Positions 15,561 to 29,095 of a stretch of DNA of 64,000 bases are shown piece by piece. The DNA comes from Octopus sinensis (Eukaryota), in assembly GCF_006345805.1 (NCBI RefSeq), contig NW_021830455.1, positions 1,439-65,438 of the forward strand, written 5' to 3'. The notes under the pieces are model-generated. The model searched no databases, was not told where the DNA came from, and worked only from the letters and a program-made list of their open reading frames with translations. Both the position numbers and the translations under genes were made by a program. Every line of letters starts with the position of its first letter. The stretch's first letter is position 1.

Positions 15561-15686
15561 TGTATGTATGTATGTATATAAACTTAGATATGTTTCGACC
15601 AATGATTGGTCCAGGCCATGTCTAACTTAATAGCACCACCTGCCAGCACGCCGCCTTTACATATATGTATATATATATATATATAT

Positions 15687-15721
<35 letters not shown>

Positions 15722-15725
<4 letters not shown>

Positions 15726-15918
15726 TGTGTGTCTCTGTTTGTTCCCCCAACATTGCTTGACAACCGATGTTGGTGTGTTTACGTCCCTGTCGCTTAGCGG
15801 TTCGGCAAGAGAGACCGATACAAAAAATACGTCCTGGGGGTCGATTTGCTCGACTAAAGGCGGTGCTTCAGCATGGCCGCAGTCAAATGACTGAAACAAA
15901 TAAACAAATAAAATAAAA
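15722..15918 (+). mobile_element. SINE family A 3' half
   Basis: gtgtctctgtttgttccccc...gcttgacaaccgatg...ctgggggtcgatttgctcgactaaaggcggtgcttcagcatggccgcagtc. Confidence 0.9.
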
Positions 15919-16770
15919 AGTATGTAGCCATTACCCTTCACTCAGGCCACAACAGCGTTTTAATCTTATATTTTACCCCTCTTCCTGCTCCTCACTGAAC
16001 GCCTTTCCCTCTTCCAGTCTCACTACTTGAGAGTTATCCTTCACTCTTTTACCTTCCTTCTCCTCTTTCTTGCTCTCTCTCCCTCTCTGTCACTGTTCAC
16101 AGAATGCTTGTTACGTGTAGCACTCCACTGTTGAAATACTTCATCGCATCTAAGCGACATCCGAGCTGAATTTCATTAATATAAGCGTAAAGCCAAATTT
16201 TACGTCTGCGAGTTAAGTTTTCGGTCTGAACCAAATGAAGTGTTTCTCTTTATGAGAGATTTGCATAAATCATTGTTTCTAACGTCGTAATGTTTCTAAC
16301 ATTGCAATGACATATGTTTTGCCTTCTCGACCACCCGGCATCCGTAATCACTTTTACTTAAATCTACAAATAGAAAATAATTCACGAAGGAATAATTGCA
16401 AACCAAATACATAGTCTCAACCAGGATCCCAGAGTCAGGGATTTTTCCCATTTAAACTGTCAAGATGATGGATTTCGTTATTGGGTGCCAAATATCTAGA
16501 GCGATCAGGTAACGCATTCATATATACATACATATATACATGCATACATACTATACACGCACATACAGATACACACACATATATATACGAAAGAACTGTG
16601 AAGACGGAGTTTAAAGAATGATCATATTTTGATGTGGTTAGCAAATAACAATCCCTCAAATGATTTCAGACATAAGATATGTGAAATGATTCCTTCATTA
16701 TTGTTAAAACCCAGAAGGCCCATGGTCCGACAGTTTGGTCGATCAAGAGATCACGGATTATGTATGTATG

Positions 16771-16817
<47 letters not shown>

Positions 16818-16822
16818 ATGAT

Positions 16823-16857
16823 GTTTCCGACGAAGAGCTCCTCTCGAAACGTCAGAC
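16823..16857 (+). ncRNA. Minimal type-I hammerhead ribozyme-like motif
   Basis: GUUU|CCGACGA|a GAG cuccu CUC|GAAA CG UC^AGAC: stem I GUUU/AGAC, U4C core variant, GUC triplet, palindromic ACGU stem III. Confidence 0.7.
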
Positions 16858-16956
16858 CCTCCTGCTTCCCTTCTTTCCTGAGCGTCCAATAATACTTTAT
16901 TTGTTCCACGTCCTTGCGTTGTTGTGTTTTTTGTTTTTGTTTTCTTGTTTGGATTA

Positions 16957-17046
<90 letters not shown>

Positions 17047-17700
17047 CATATATATATATATATATATGTTAGAAGAAATAAGGTACTAAAAAATCTGGAT
17101 GGTTTTATATTTACAGAATTTTACTAATATGTCACAATTTTTTTAAATCATATATTAGCGCTTGCATCCACTCTAGTTGATTCTTCATATATGTATGTAT
17201 GCGTGTGTGCGTGTATGTTTGTATGTGTGTTTGTGTGCATGTGTCTGCGCATGCATGTATGTGTGAGCATGTTCAATTATATGGATGTATATGTATATAT
17301 ATATACATATATATTCGTACATACACACACACACACACAAACACGCACACACATATATATAGAATACATACTGATAAACATTTGTATGAGTCTATCTTTC
17401 CCTGTATCGAAATTTATCACTCTATATATACATGCCTGTCTATATGTATGAATTTAGACACATACATACACACACCTATACACTCACACACACACACACG
17501 CATACACATACAGATACATACTTAAATATATCCCTATAACATCAAACTGCAAAACGTAAAAAAAAAAAAAATTATAAATAAAAAATACAAATATATTCGT
17601 TGAAAAATCAATCGTCGTTGTTCGCCATTACAGTTGATTTGCAGCGCTCAATGTGTTTCAATACACATATCCTCACACACACATGTATATATATGTTATA

Positions 17701-17787
<87 letters not shown>

Positions 17788-18647
17788 TTTGTCTTTGTAT
17801 GTATGTGTGTGTGTGTATATATATATATACATATATATATATATGTATATATATGTATGTATATATTATATATATATATAATATATATATATGTATGTAT
17901 GTATGTATTTATGTATGCATATATGATTCTACGTATGTCTACATACCGTTTCTAGTAAACAGTTCACACCAATATAGTGAAGTTGTCGACTACACTTTAT
18001 CGTTAATGATCAGTGAAGTTTTTTTTTCTATTTTTTTTGTTTGACTATCCGCAATCAGGCGTTATTTCAATTCATCTGCTTCCATCAGGCTAACGAAATA
18101 TTCGCAATTCAAGCGAAACGTGTAAAATGCTGATCACTATCAATAATTACTCATTAACGAAAATTGAAGCAGTCGCACTGACTGAAATAAGCTCAGTGTA
18201 AGAATTACATGATTTCATAAATATTACATAGTTTACACGTTTCCTCTTTACAGAACAACAAAAATATGTATATATATATATATATACTTAGTAACACACA
18301 CACACGCACACATGTATGTATGTATGTAGGTATATATGTATTATACACGTATGTGTTTGTATATATATATATATATATTATATATATATATATATAATAT
18401 ATATACATATATCATATATTACGTACCATAATATGTATAAATCATATCTTTAAATATGCATAAACGTATATATGTATAAATGAATGCATATCTGCGTATA
18501 TACATTCCCGTATAGATATGGACATATAACTAAGGACCTACGAATGCATGTGTTTATCTACACACACATACGTTATGTGTGTATACATATATACATACAT
18601 ATATACGTTGATAGATAGATAATAGATAGATAGATAGATAGATAGAT

Positions 18648-18678
<31 letters not shown>

Positions 18679-18680
18679 TA

Positions 18681-19112
18681 GGCGCAGGAGTGGATGTGCC
18701 ATAAGAAGCTTGCTTCCCAACCACATGGCTCCGGGTTCAGTCCTACGGCGTGGCACCTCGGGCGAGTGTCTTCAACCGACTAAAGCCTTGTGAGTGGATC
18801 GGGTAGACAGAAACTGAAAGAAGCCCATCGTATATATATATATAATATATATATATATATATGGGTGTGTGTGTGTGTGTGTGTGTGTGTGGAGGGGTGG
18901 TGGTGTGGGTGTGTATCCGTGTTTATACCCCAACATCGCTTGACAACCGATGTTGGCGTGTTTACGTCCCCGTAAATTTCCGGTTCGGCAGCTGAGTCAA
19001 ATGGAATAAGTACTAGGCTTACAAAGAATAAAACTTGGAGTCGATTTGTTCGACTAAACACGGTGCTGCAGCATGGCCGCAGTCACATGATTGAAACAAG
19101 TAAAGAAATGAA
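18681..19112 (+). mobile_element. SINE family A, near full length
   Basis: ggcgcaggagtgg...gggttcagtcc head, internal TA/TG tract, and 3' half ending gaaacaagtaaag. Confidence 0.92.
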
Positions 19113-19146
19113 ATAAATGAATATATATCCATCCATCCATCCATCC

Positions 19147-19263
<117 letters not shown>

Positions 19264-19331
19264 TATATACATATATATATACATATATGTCTATGCATAT
19301 ATATATATTTACATATATTCACACACACACA

Positions 19332-19370
<39 letters not shown>

Positions 19371-19578
19371 ACTGAGCGCCTTCGCGTCGATTCGATTCGA
19401 TTCGTTTGGTTTGGTTTCGTTTCTTCTTCTTCTCTAAGCTGGTTTTTATATATATATTATATAAAAATATATACATATACACACACACCCCGTCACATAT
19501 ATATATATTTACATATACACACACACACACATACATATATATGCATATATATACACACACACGCATATATATATATAT

Positions 19579-19610
<32 letters not shown>

Positions 19611-20537
19611 ATATTATATATATACATATACGGACACACATATGTACGAGTTCTTACAAATATCTTTCTCTCTAAAATATGTATGTATGCGTGTGCGTCT
19701 GTGCTTTCGTGTGTGTGGTGTGTGTGTGGTGTGTGTGTGTGAGCATGTATGTGTGTGTGTATGCAAGGTGTTACAATCCAGCACGGAAACCTACAGCGTA
19801 CAGTCAGACATATATATCCGATTGAAACGTGTTACCAAGTAAACAGGAAATCATTTACGAAGTCTGTAAGAACCAGCTTAATAAAGACAAACACATCGCA
19901 CATTGTATTGAAAGCAACATTATCAGTGCTAAAGTAAAATATAAAATAATTAATTTGACAATACACACCTTACGCAATGACAATCATTTCTGTCAGTTAA
20001 GTGCATATGGACGGAGTTGAATGACGTCATGAGCGGGATAAAAAAAAATCTCTCCTTGTTTACACCAGAACAGCTTCTCGCTCTCGTTAGGCTAAATTAC
20101 TTGTTTATCGCTCTGGTGTTTTCTAGCATACGGCTCCTTCTTTCTTTGGGGCGAAATGGCGTATGGCAACTTGTTTATCTCCCCGTCTCTCGTCTCCATG
20201 TCGGTTTCAATAACTAGACTCTTTTCCCTGTTTGTTTATACTAATCCCCTATTTTGGGGGCTTGGTAGTCCTTTCCCACCTTCCTGAATTTTAGTGTAAT
20301 TAAGCTACAGTACTTCTCTAAGCCTAGAGACAAATAGCCTGTCTCCTTTTCCCCTATTTTGATGGAAGTTGCTTATTTTCGGGCGATGTAACCCATATGT
20401 CTACGATTAAGTAGTCTATATACCATTTCCTATTTCGGATTTATTAGACAGAAATCCTTTCGTAATTAAAATTATGTTAATTAAAGGATGACATGTATAA
20501 AATACCGTCATCACAAGGCATAGCTGAGCCCCTCTGT

Positions 20538-20667
20538 GTGTGGGGCGTGGTAGATGGCCAAGGTGAAGGAGGTGTTCGAAGATCTTGTCCTGGACACAGT
20601 AACGAATGCATGTTTCCAGAGCCATCTTGAGGCCGTGGTTATAGCTGAGGGCTGCTGCTTTGAATAA
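20538..20667 (+). mobile_element. Tc1/mariner-superfamily transposase C-terminal relic (maT/DD37D-like)
   Basis: Translation VWGVV/AKVKEVFEDLVLDTVTNACFQSHLEAVVIAEGCCFE* resembles the VWG...AC..FR.RLEAVV.A.GG.FE* C-terminus of these transposases. Confidence 0.7.
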
Positions 20668-21273
20668 ACTAGGCTACAATTTATCCAAGCAAAATTAATC
20701 CAATTCCTTTTTAGACTTCCATTTTGTTTATTTCTTGACTTGGTACCATAATCCCGTATTTTATTTAAAGAGCAAATCTGAATTTTCGTCAATGGCCTTT
20801 GGTAATTGAATGAAACTGAAATTGCCTTAAAGAAGGAACGAAGCTGTGTTGCAGCTTCAATTTGACCGTAATTTGTGCGCAGTTTGCTGGAAACTATATT
20901 TTGCAATATCACACTATGGTTGCCATCTTCATTCAGACCCCGAGTAACGCTGATTTACATGACAGATCAAAAGTTTTCCATTCATTAACCTACTGTTCAC
21001 CAACTAAATCTGTTGCTTCTAAAACAACAGTTATCGACTGTGACCCCATTTTCCCCACCAGAAATTGAATATTAGTTTTGATACAGACTTGCCTGCTATT
21101 TCTTAAAAAGACGAATGATAAAGAATCTCCGAAGTTGTTTTAATGGTTCAATGTCTTAAGAAGAGACAACTGGAGGAAGCGAAATAACTACAAGACGTGA
21201 AAGACTTGAGAAATTGGGTAAAGATGATCTCTAAACTATATAAATCAAATAATGTTACATTGCTTATATTCTA

Positions 21274-21560
21274 TACTCTTTTTACTCTTTTTACTTGTTT
21301 CAGTCATTTGACTGCAGCCATGCTGGAGCACCGCCTTAAGTCGAGCAAATCGACCCCAGGACTTATTCTTTTTAAACCTAGTACTTTTTCTATCGGTCTC
21401 TTTTTGCCGAAACGCTAAGTTACGGGGACGTAAACACATTACCATCGGTTGTCAAGCGATGTTGGGGCGACAAACACAGACACACAAACATACACACACA
21501 TATATATATATATACATACTTATATATATACATACATACATACAAACATACATACATACA

Positions 21561-21594
<34 letters not shown>

Positions 21595-21769
21595 CATACA
21601 TATATACGACGGGCTTCTTTGAGTTTCCGTCTACTAAATCCACTCACAAGGCTTTGGTTGGCCCGAGGCTATAGTAGAAGACACTTGCCCAAGGTGACAC
21701 GCAGTGGGACTGAACCCTGAACCATGCGGTTGGTAAGCAACCTACTTACCACACAGCCACTCCTACGCC
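21274..21769 (-). mobile_element. SINE family A, full length
   Basis: Reverse complement of the family A sequence seen in other copies, with an internal TACA/TA tract. Confidence 0.95.
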
Positions 21770-22474
21770 GATGTTTAATTTAACTAAATAAAATTTCAAT
21801 ATTGTCTCCCTTACCAGTTTTGACCAGAACTCATCATTATGTTAATACTCCACTCTCCTTTCCATGTGTGTACTTTTAATTTTAACTTCCTGATTCCCAA
21901 TACCGATTCAGAATCGACCTTGATGTCATTCACCCTAGGATTGAAACCGCGTTGTCGAATTCTATATATTTGCAATTGCAACTTGTGTCTAACCTGTTCA
22001 TACTTCTCTTCTACGTCGTTTCCATTTGGCTTGATATTAATGCCATAGATTATATACACAAAGTAAATAGAATGCTATGCCACATTGATGTGTATTCGAG
22101 GGATATTACAAAAATCAACATCTAAACCAATCACTTTCGTTCACAATATTACTTTCTTACACAGAAACAAGACAGCATATTAAAGAGACAACGAACGAGA
22201 CTATTTGTCGTATATATTTCTCCCAAAAGATTTCGTTGAGTATGTGATTGAAAATGTATCCAGTCGGGAATTCAATTTGGTTAGTGAATTCAATTAATTC
22301 GGTTCTTGCCTCGCATTCTACGCTATTCTTCACACATCTTATGAAACAAAACAAAATATTACTTCAGTGGAAGAAATTTGGACGGTGGTTTTCATGCATT
22401 TTCTACCGATATTTAGAGCTAAGAAAAAGTGCCTTAAAACAGCCACCGTCACAGAATTATTAACCATAAAGATT

Positions 22475-22591
22475 TACTCTTTTACTCTTTTACTTGTTTC
22501 AGTCATTTGACTGTTACCATGCTGGAGCACAGCCTTTAGTCGAGCAAATCGACCCCAGAACTTATTCTTTGTAAACCTAGTACTTATTCTA
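22475..22591 (-). mobile_element. SINE family A 3' tail fragment
   Basis: tactcttttactcttttacttgtttcagtcatttgactg...cctagtacttattct. Confidence 0.9.
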
Positions 22592-22891
22592 TGTTTAAAA
22601 TATTTCGCTAACACTCAGATTCTTCCTAGTTTAGATATATTTATCGTAACTTATCAAGACTCCAATATGAACGACGTGGTTGAATGTTTTCTCTTATAAC
22701 CTATGAGTGAAATGAAATAGACGAAACTTTTGCGGAAACCTGTGTCACGATTGCACACTTAGACTGTCACACATCTAAAGATTACCCACTGGTGGTCCCA
22801 CAGAAAGACGAGAAAATGGAGATATATAAATATATACATTATTTACATTATTTACATTTGGCGGATATTTGTCCTCATCTTGTGTGTTGTT

Positions 22892-22937
22892 AACACAACG
22901 TTTCGGCTGATATGCCCTCCAGCCTTCATCAGGTGTC
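22892..22937 (-). ncRNA. Minimal type-I hammerhead ribozyme motif (canonical core)
   Basis: Minus strand: GACAC|CUGAUGA|a GGCUG gagggcauau CAGCC|GAAA CG UU^GUGUU, with a 5-bp stem I, 5-bp stem II and palindromic ACGU. Confidence 0.85.
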
Positions 22938-22976
22938 TTGGGGACTTTTCGAACCTAGGTTCCCCAAGACACCTTG

Positions 22977-23042
<66 letters not shown>

Positions 23043-23063
23043 TCGAAAAATACCTTAGGAATT

Positions 23064-23101
<38 letters not shown>

Positions 23102-23819
23102 TACATAGGGAGAGAAAGAGAGGGTGTGAGAGACACTGGTCTAATAAGTAAGCGCAAGTATGTTAATGTAAAGCGTTGTAGCTAGCTAATAGAAATCGTA
23201 TTATTAATTAGCTCATCCACTGCAGAAGAGAGAAAGAGAGAGAAAGAGAGGCAGAGAGAGAGAGAGGGAAGCAGAGAGAGAGAGAGAGAGAGAGAGAGAG
23301 CGGTGAATGTCTGTTTTCAACTCAAACACGTCAGATGTAGTGTGAACATAACGAAGGTCAATAAATTTACACCTGAGAAGTAAAAAAAATCGAACAAATT
23401 TGAACTTCATTTACCAACTCATTTTCAAATGGACTTAATTATAATTAGTTGATCAGATTTTCTGAATTATTTTGTAGTTAATTTTTTAGTCTACTTTTTC
23501 TTTTAATTTGGCTCAATTTTATATATTTCTTTCTTTCTTCTTTTTTTTTTTTTTTATTCAAATATTATTTTGCTATTCGTTTGGTAAAGAAATTATATTT
23601 TCTTTTGATACGATCGATCCATTGTTTCTTTCGTTTTCCTTTTTGCAGATTATTTGCTTGGTTCATATTTAGTATCAAGAAACCTTGAAGAAAAAGGAAA
23701 AAAAAAGAAAGAGAAAAAGAAGAAGGTAGAAGAGGAAGAAGAAAACATGACAATTTAAATAAAATAAATGCGACAACGATAAAAATAGCGGTAGTTTATT
23801 CTCAACAGCATGGACAATT

Positions 23820-24028
23820 CTACAACAATAAGCAACAAGAATGACAACAACAACGTCAACGATAGCAACAACAACAACAACAACAACGGCATCAGTAGCA
23901 ACAGTTTAAAACAAAAAAACAGTGAAAAATATGGCGATGGAAAGAAGTCATTTCAGATTTGTTCTGTATCTCACAGAACAAATCAGAAATGACTTCTTTT
24001 ATCAACGATAGCAGTAGTTTTAGCAATT

Positions 24029-24063
<35 letters not shown>

Positions 24064-24500
24064 CGCAGTAGCAGCAGCAGCAGTGTTAGTAGCAGTAGTA
24101 TTAGTAGTGGCAGTGTTAGTAGTAGTAGTAGTAGAAGTAGTAGTAGTAGTATTGGCAGCAGTCGTAGTAGAAGTAGTAGTAGTGGTAGTAGTAGTAGTAG
24201 TAGTAGGAGGAGGAGGAGGAGGGGTGAAGGAAAGGAGGAGATAGAAGTGGAGGAGGACAAGGAAAATTAGTAGTATGAGGAGGAAAGGAGAATGAGGAGT
24301 AGGAACGGGAAGTGGAGGAGTAAGTGGAGGAAGAGTAAGAGTAGGAGGATGAAGGAAAAGTGGTATGGGGAGGAAAGGAGAAGGAGGGGTAGCGGAGGGA
24401 AGAGTGGGAGTAAAAGTAAGAGTAGGAGCAGAAGGTAAAGTAGTGGGAGGAGGTAACGGAAGGGGTGCTGATGGTCCTGATGATGATGCTGCTGATGTTA
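23820..24500. repeat. AAC, AGT and GGA-rich low-complexity block
   Basis: Directly visible. Confidence 0.9.
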
Positions 24501-24502
24501 TG

Positions 24503-24667
24503 GGCGCCGACAGTAACTGCGTGGTAAGAAGCTTAATTGCCAACCACATGGTTCCAAGTTCAGTCTCACAGCGTGGCAACCTGGACAAGCGTCTTCCACT
24601 ATAGTCTCGGTCCGACCAAAGACTTGCGAACGGATTTGCTAGACGGATACTGAGAGAAGCCTTTCAG

Positions 24668-24752
<85 letters not shown>

Positions 24753-24946
24753 TGTGTGTATGCATGTGTGTGTGTCTTTGTGTCTGTATTTGTACCCCCA
24801 TTACCGCTTGGCAACCGGTGTTGGCGTGTTTGCTTCCCTGTAACTTAGCGGTTCGGCAAAAACAGAACGAAAATTGCTGGTGTCGATTTGTTCGACATGG
24901 CCGCAGGCTAATGACTGCAACGCGTAAAAGGAATAAAGAATAAAAG
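24503..24946 (+). mobile_element. SINE family A, diverged
   Basis: gcgtggtaagaagcttaattgccaaccacatggttccaagttcagtc, then a TA/TG tract, then gtaacttagcggttcggcaaaa. Confidence 0.88.
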
Positions 24947-24963
24947 TATATACATACATACAT

Positions 24964-25080
<117 letters not shown>

Positions 25081-25822
25081 AGTACTTCGGACTATCACTT
25101 AGTTTTCGCGAACTAAATCCCCTCACATGGCATTAAGCCACCCGAGGCTCCAGTAGAAGACCCTTGTCCAAAGTGAAGCGCACGGTAGTGACCCAGAAAC
25201 AACTCGACTGGAAAGTCACCTACTAAACCATGCAGCCATAGTTGGACCTCATTGTGTCCAACATTTCCAGTATGTCTTCGATTTCCTTCCATAGTCAGAG
25301 TGTTTTCCATTTTCTCTTGTTTATGTTAAAGAGGTTGCTGGGAGTATTTTTTTTGGCGTTCCGTAATGGAAATTGTAGAAGCAGTAGCCTCGAAGGCATC
25401 TTGTGGAAAGTAAAATAGTAGCATAAATGACACACAGAGAAACGCTGCGATTCATTTCGAATATAATTCTGTGAAAGTCTCTTATCATGAGAAATGCTTG
25501 AGGGCAATTTCGCTCCTCGCATTTCAGCATTTACATGATGTTGTGAAACTTTTTACCTGCTGCACGGAAAAACCAATAGAAAAGCGAACGTTTTTTAATT
25601 AAAATTTCACCTGTAGACGAAGTTTCATTGACGAGAGCGAATAAAACCGAAACAGTCCGAAATTTTTACAACACTGCGCTTCTTTAGACTCGCCACTACA
25701 TTTTACATTTGGTGTATTTTACATAATCTAATTATCAGTGTCGTTAAAATAAGTAGTTTATTTAATTATTTATTTTCATTACAAATGTGAATTTGCATAA
25801 TGGAAGGTTATTAATTTATTAA

Positions 25823-26247
25823 TCTTTTACTCTTTTACTTGTTTCAGTAATTTGTGTGAGGCCATGCTGGAGTACCGCGTTTAGTCGAGCAAATCGACCC
25901 CAGGACTTATTCTTTGTAAGCCTAGTACTTATTCTATCGGTCTCTCTTGCCGAACCGCTAATGTTACGGGGACGTAAACACACCAGCATCGGTTGTCAAG
26001 CGATGCTGGAGGAACAAACACAGACACACAAACATACACACACACATACAAACATATATATATATATACATACATACATACATATATACGACGGGCTTCT
26101 TTCAGTTTCCGTCTACCAAATCCACTCACAAGGCTTTGGTCGGCCCGAAGCTATAGTAGCAGATACTCGCCCAAGGTGCCACGCAGTGGTACCGAACCCA
26201 GAACCATGTGGTTCGTAAGCAAGCTACATACCACACAGCTACTCCTA
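25823..26247 (-). mobile_element. SINE family A, full length
   Basis: Reverse complement of family A. Confidence 0.93.
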
Positions 26248-26624
26248 CTCAAATTCCGTTCGCGGTTATACGTTGTGAAGGATTTAGGTCCTGTCCCTTC
26301 TCTCACCCCTGCAAGCGTGCTTTATAATATTGTGTAGACATCGTATATGTCTAACCCACATCCGGGTTAGACATATATCTGATTTTCTTCCAACAGGTGA
26401 GATGAAATTTCTTATGGTCGTTGCCCGCACACATCTTTGCCCGTATATACAGGGAAGCTTTATGAAAGCATCGTATATTATCGACTGCTATTTCCAGTAA
26501 ATATTGGTTCACTGTTGTACCACCATTCTATGATTATATTTATAATTTAACCGTATGGTCCTTTATTTTACTGGAAAACAATACTCTTACATTTAACGTT
26601 TTTCTTATATATAATATATATATA

Positions 26625-26674
<50 letters not shown>

Positions 26675-26790
26675 ATTAGTAAAAAACACCTATTATCAAT
26701 TCAATAATGAAAAATTAAATTATGCCATTTAGAAAAATTATTATTGAATTGATGGTTTTTTTTTCTCTAATTTTTATATATATATATAGT

Positions 26791-26856
<66 letters not shown>

Positions 26857-28392
26857 CATACACACACTCATATATATTATCTTTTATCCTTTACTTGTTT
26901 CAGTCATTAGACTGCGGTCATGCTATAGCATCATACACACATACACATGCACACTCATACACAGACTTACACACACACACATAATACATACATACACACT
27001 CATGAACGCGCACAAAGTCATTCCCATTTAGGCAGGTATACATACATGCAAGCACATTAGTGAGAGAGTGTGTTATGTACATGTTCGCCAATTTTACACT
27101 GCCGTGTGCCGATCGCAGTGTATTGCAAACAATGGTTTGTTAGAAAGAAAATAAAAGATTTTACGAATATATTGAAAATTCAATCCAAATACTTACCTCG
27201 AGTACAGTTAGTCTAAGTAAATTGGATTATAAACCTGCTTCAGTTAATTGGTGTGCATCGCCGGCTGCTGTGCGAGGCTCTTTATGGCTTTATTCCGTTT
27301 GGATTATTTGGAAGTCATTTGATATTCAAACCGAATTAGTCGAATCGATTTTCAAACAAAGGAAGTCCGGCAGAATTTTTGGCCCCCATGGCAATGGAAA
27401 ACTATGATCGTTGTTTCTGAGTGATTAAAGCTGAATTATTTAAGATCAAAGACAGGAAGGAAAGAGAATATCTGTTCGTTGGTAGAAGCAATGCAGATGA
27501 TAGGTCGCGACCTTCTTAACGGGTGCATTTTCTTGGTGCATTTTCCGTAATGAGCGCATTGGTCTCAAATGATTTGTATAAGAGAATGCAAAGCAGGATG
27601 TTAATAAGGATGGGTGCAACAAATATTATTAACGATGCAGACAGAAAGACGTCACAGGCTTAACGCGAGTGAAACCATAGAAAGTATTTCGGTGCAGAAC
27701 GGATTACGATGAAATAATCTTTTCCATAAAAGTTTAAGATGCAGTAAAAGCAAACTTGGATTTATGAGATTTTGTTATTTTCATGCAATTTTAAATGGAA
27801 GAATGTACATAAATTAGCAGGAATTTAATGGTGATCGTATAAGTCTCTTGTATAACAAACTGAAGACGGATTTAATAATAGAAATCATTAGAAAGTGGAA
27901 CTGTATTGACTGCATAAAAGGTATTAGTGATTGAATTTAACGTTGATGAATCTAGTTCGGATAACATAAATAATGGCATCACTTCTCTTTCCCTTATGAC
28001 TGAACCGAATTGTTATTCACGTTTTCCTCTTACGCTAAGAAGAAAAATCTTATCATGAGATAGACCAGTGGCTGACAGTGATTCTTTGACAAACTATTTA
28101 GGTGAAATATTCCCGTGACAATCCAAAGGTGGATTTTTTTTTGTTTCATTTAACTTGTTTTTTTTTTCTATTATTTTCTAATTTTTTTTCTACTGGACAC
28201 CATTTTGTCGGTCTTAGCAAAATCCGAGGAAGTGAAACAAGAATGAAAGAAAATAAAAATAAATGTCAAGACTTGATTAGTACAATATTTCTCGTCCCTC
28301 GAAAGGACGAGAGGCATAGCTGAGCAGGATGGGATGCAAGTTCCGAGGACAGAGTGGAAGAGAGAGAGAGGGATTACAAATTCTACATGGTG

Positions 28393-28570
28393 GAGGCGCA
28401 TGGCTTAGTTGTTAGGGTGTTGGACTTCTTATCGTAAAACTGTGGTTTCGATTCCTGGCCAGGGCAATGCGTTATTTTCTTGAGCAAAACACGCCATTCC
28501 ACGTTGTCCCAATTCATTCGACTTGCAGAAATTATTACCCCTGTGATGGACCAACCTCCCGTACAGAAAG
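28393..28570 (+). mobile_element. SINE family C-related copy
   Basis: ggaggcgcatggcttagttgttagggtgttggac...ggtttcgattcctgg...cttgagcaaaacac...ccctgtgatggacc. Confidence 0.75.
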
Positions 28571-28591
28571 GTACTTGTATATACATTTTCA

Positions 28592-28805
28592 TTTATTCTT
28601 TTACCTGTTTCAGTCATTTCCCTGCGGCCATGCTGGAGCACCACCTTTACTCGAACAAATCAACCCCAGGATTTATTCTTTGCTAGCCTAGTACTTATTC
28701 TATCGATCTCTTGTGCCGACCCGCTAAGTTACGGGAGTGCAAACACACCAACACTCGTTGTCAAGTGATACACACAGATACACACACGCGCACGCACACA
28801 CACAT

Positions 28806-28840
<35 letters not shown>

Positions 28841-28960
28841 GATATTTATATACGACGAGCTTCTTTCAGTTTCCGTCTACCAAATCCACTCACAAGGCTC
28901 TGATCGGCCCGAAGCTATAGTAGAAGACACGTACCCAAGGTGTCACGCAATGGGACTTCA
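28592..28960 (-). mobile_element. SINE family A (head truncated); a further 5'-half copy lies at 29098-29260
   Basis: Matches the family A reverse complement. Confidence 0.88.
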
Positions 28961-29056
28961 AATTAGAATTCTAATAAGATTTTATCTTACAACCTGCCTA
29001 TAACGAACTTTTTACTTTTTATATATATATAGATAAGTAAATAAATAAATAAATAA

Positions 29057-29095
<39 letters not shown>

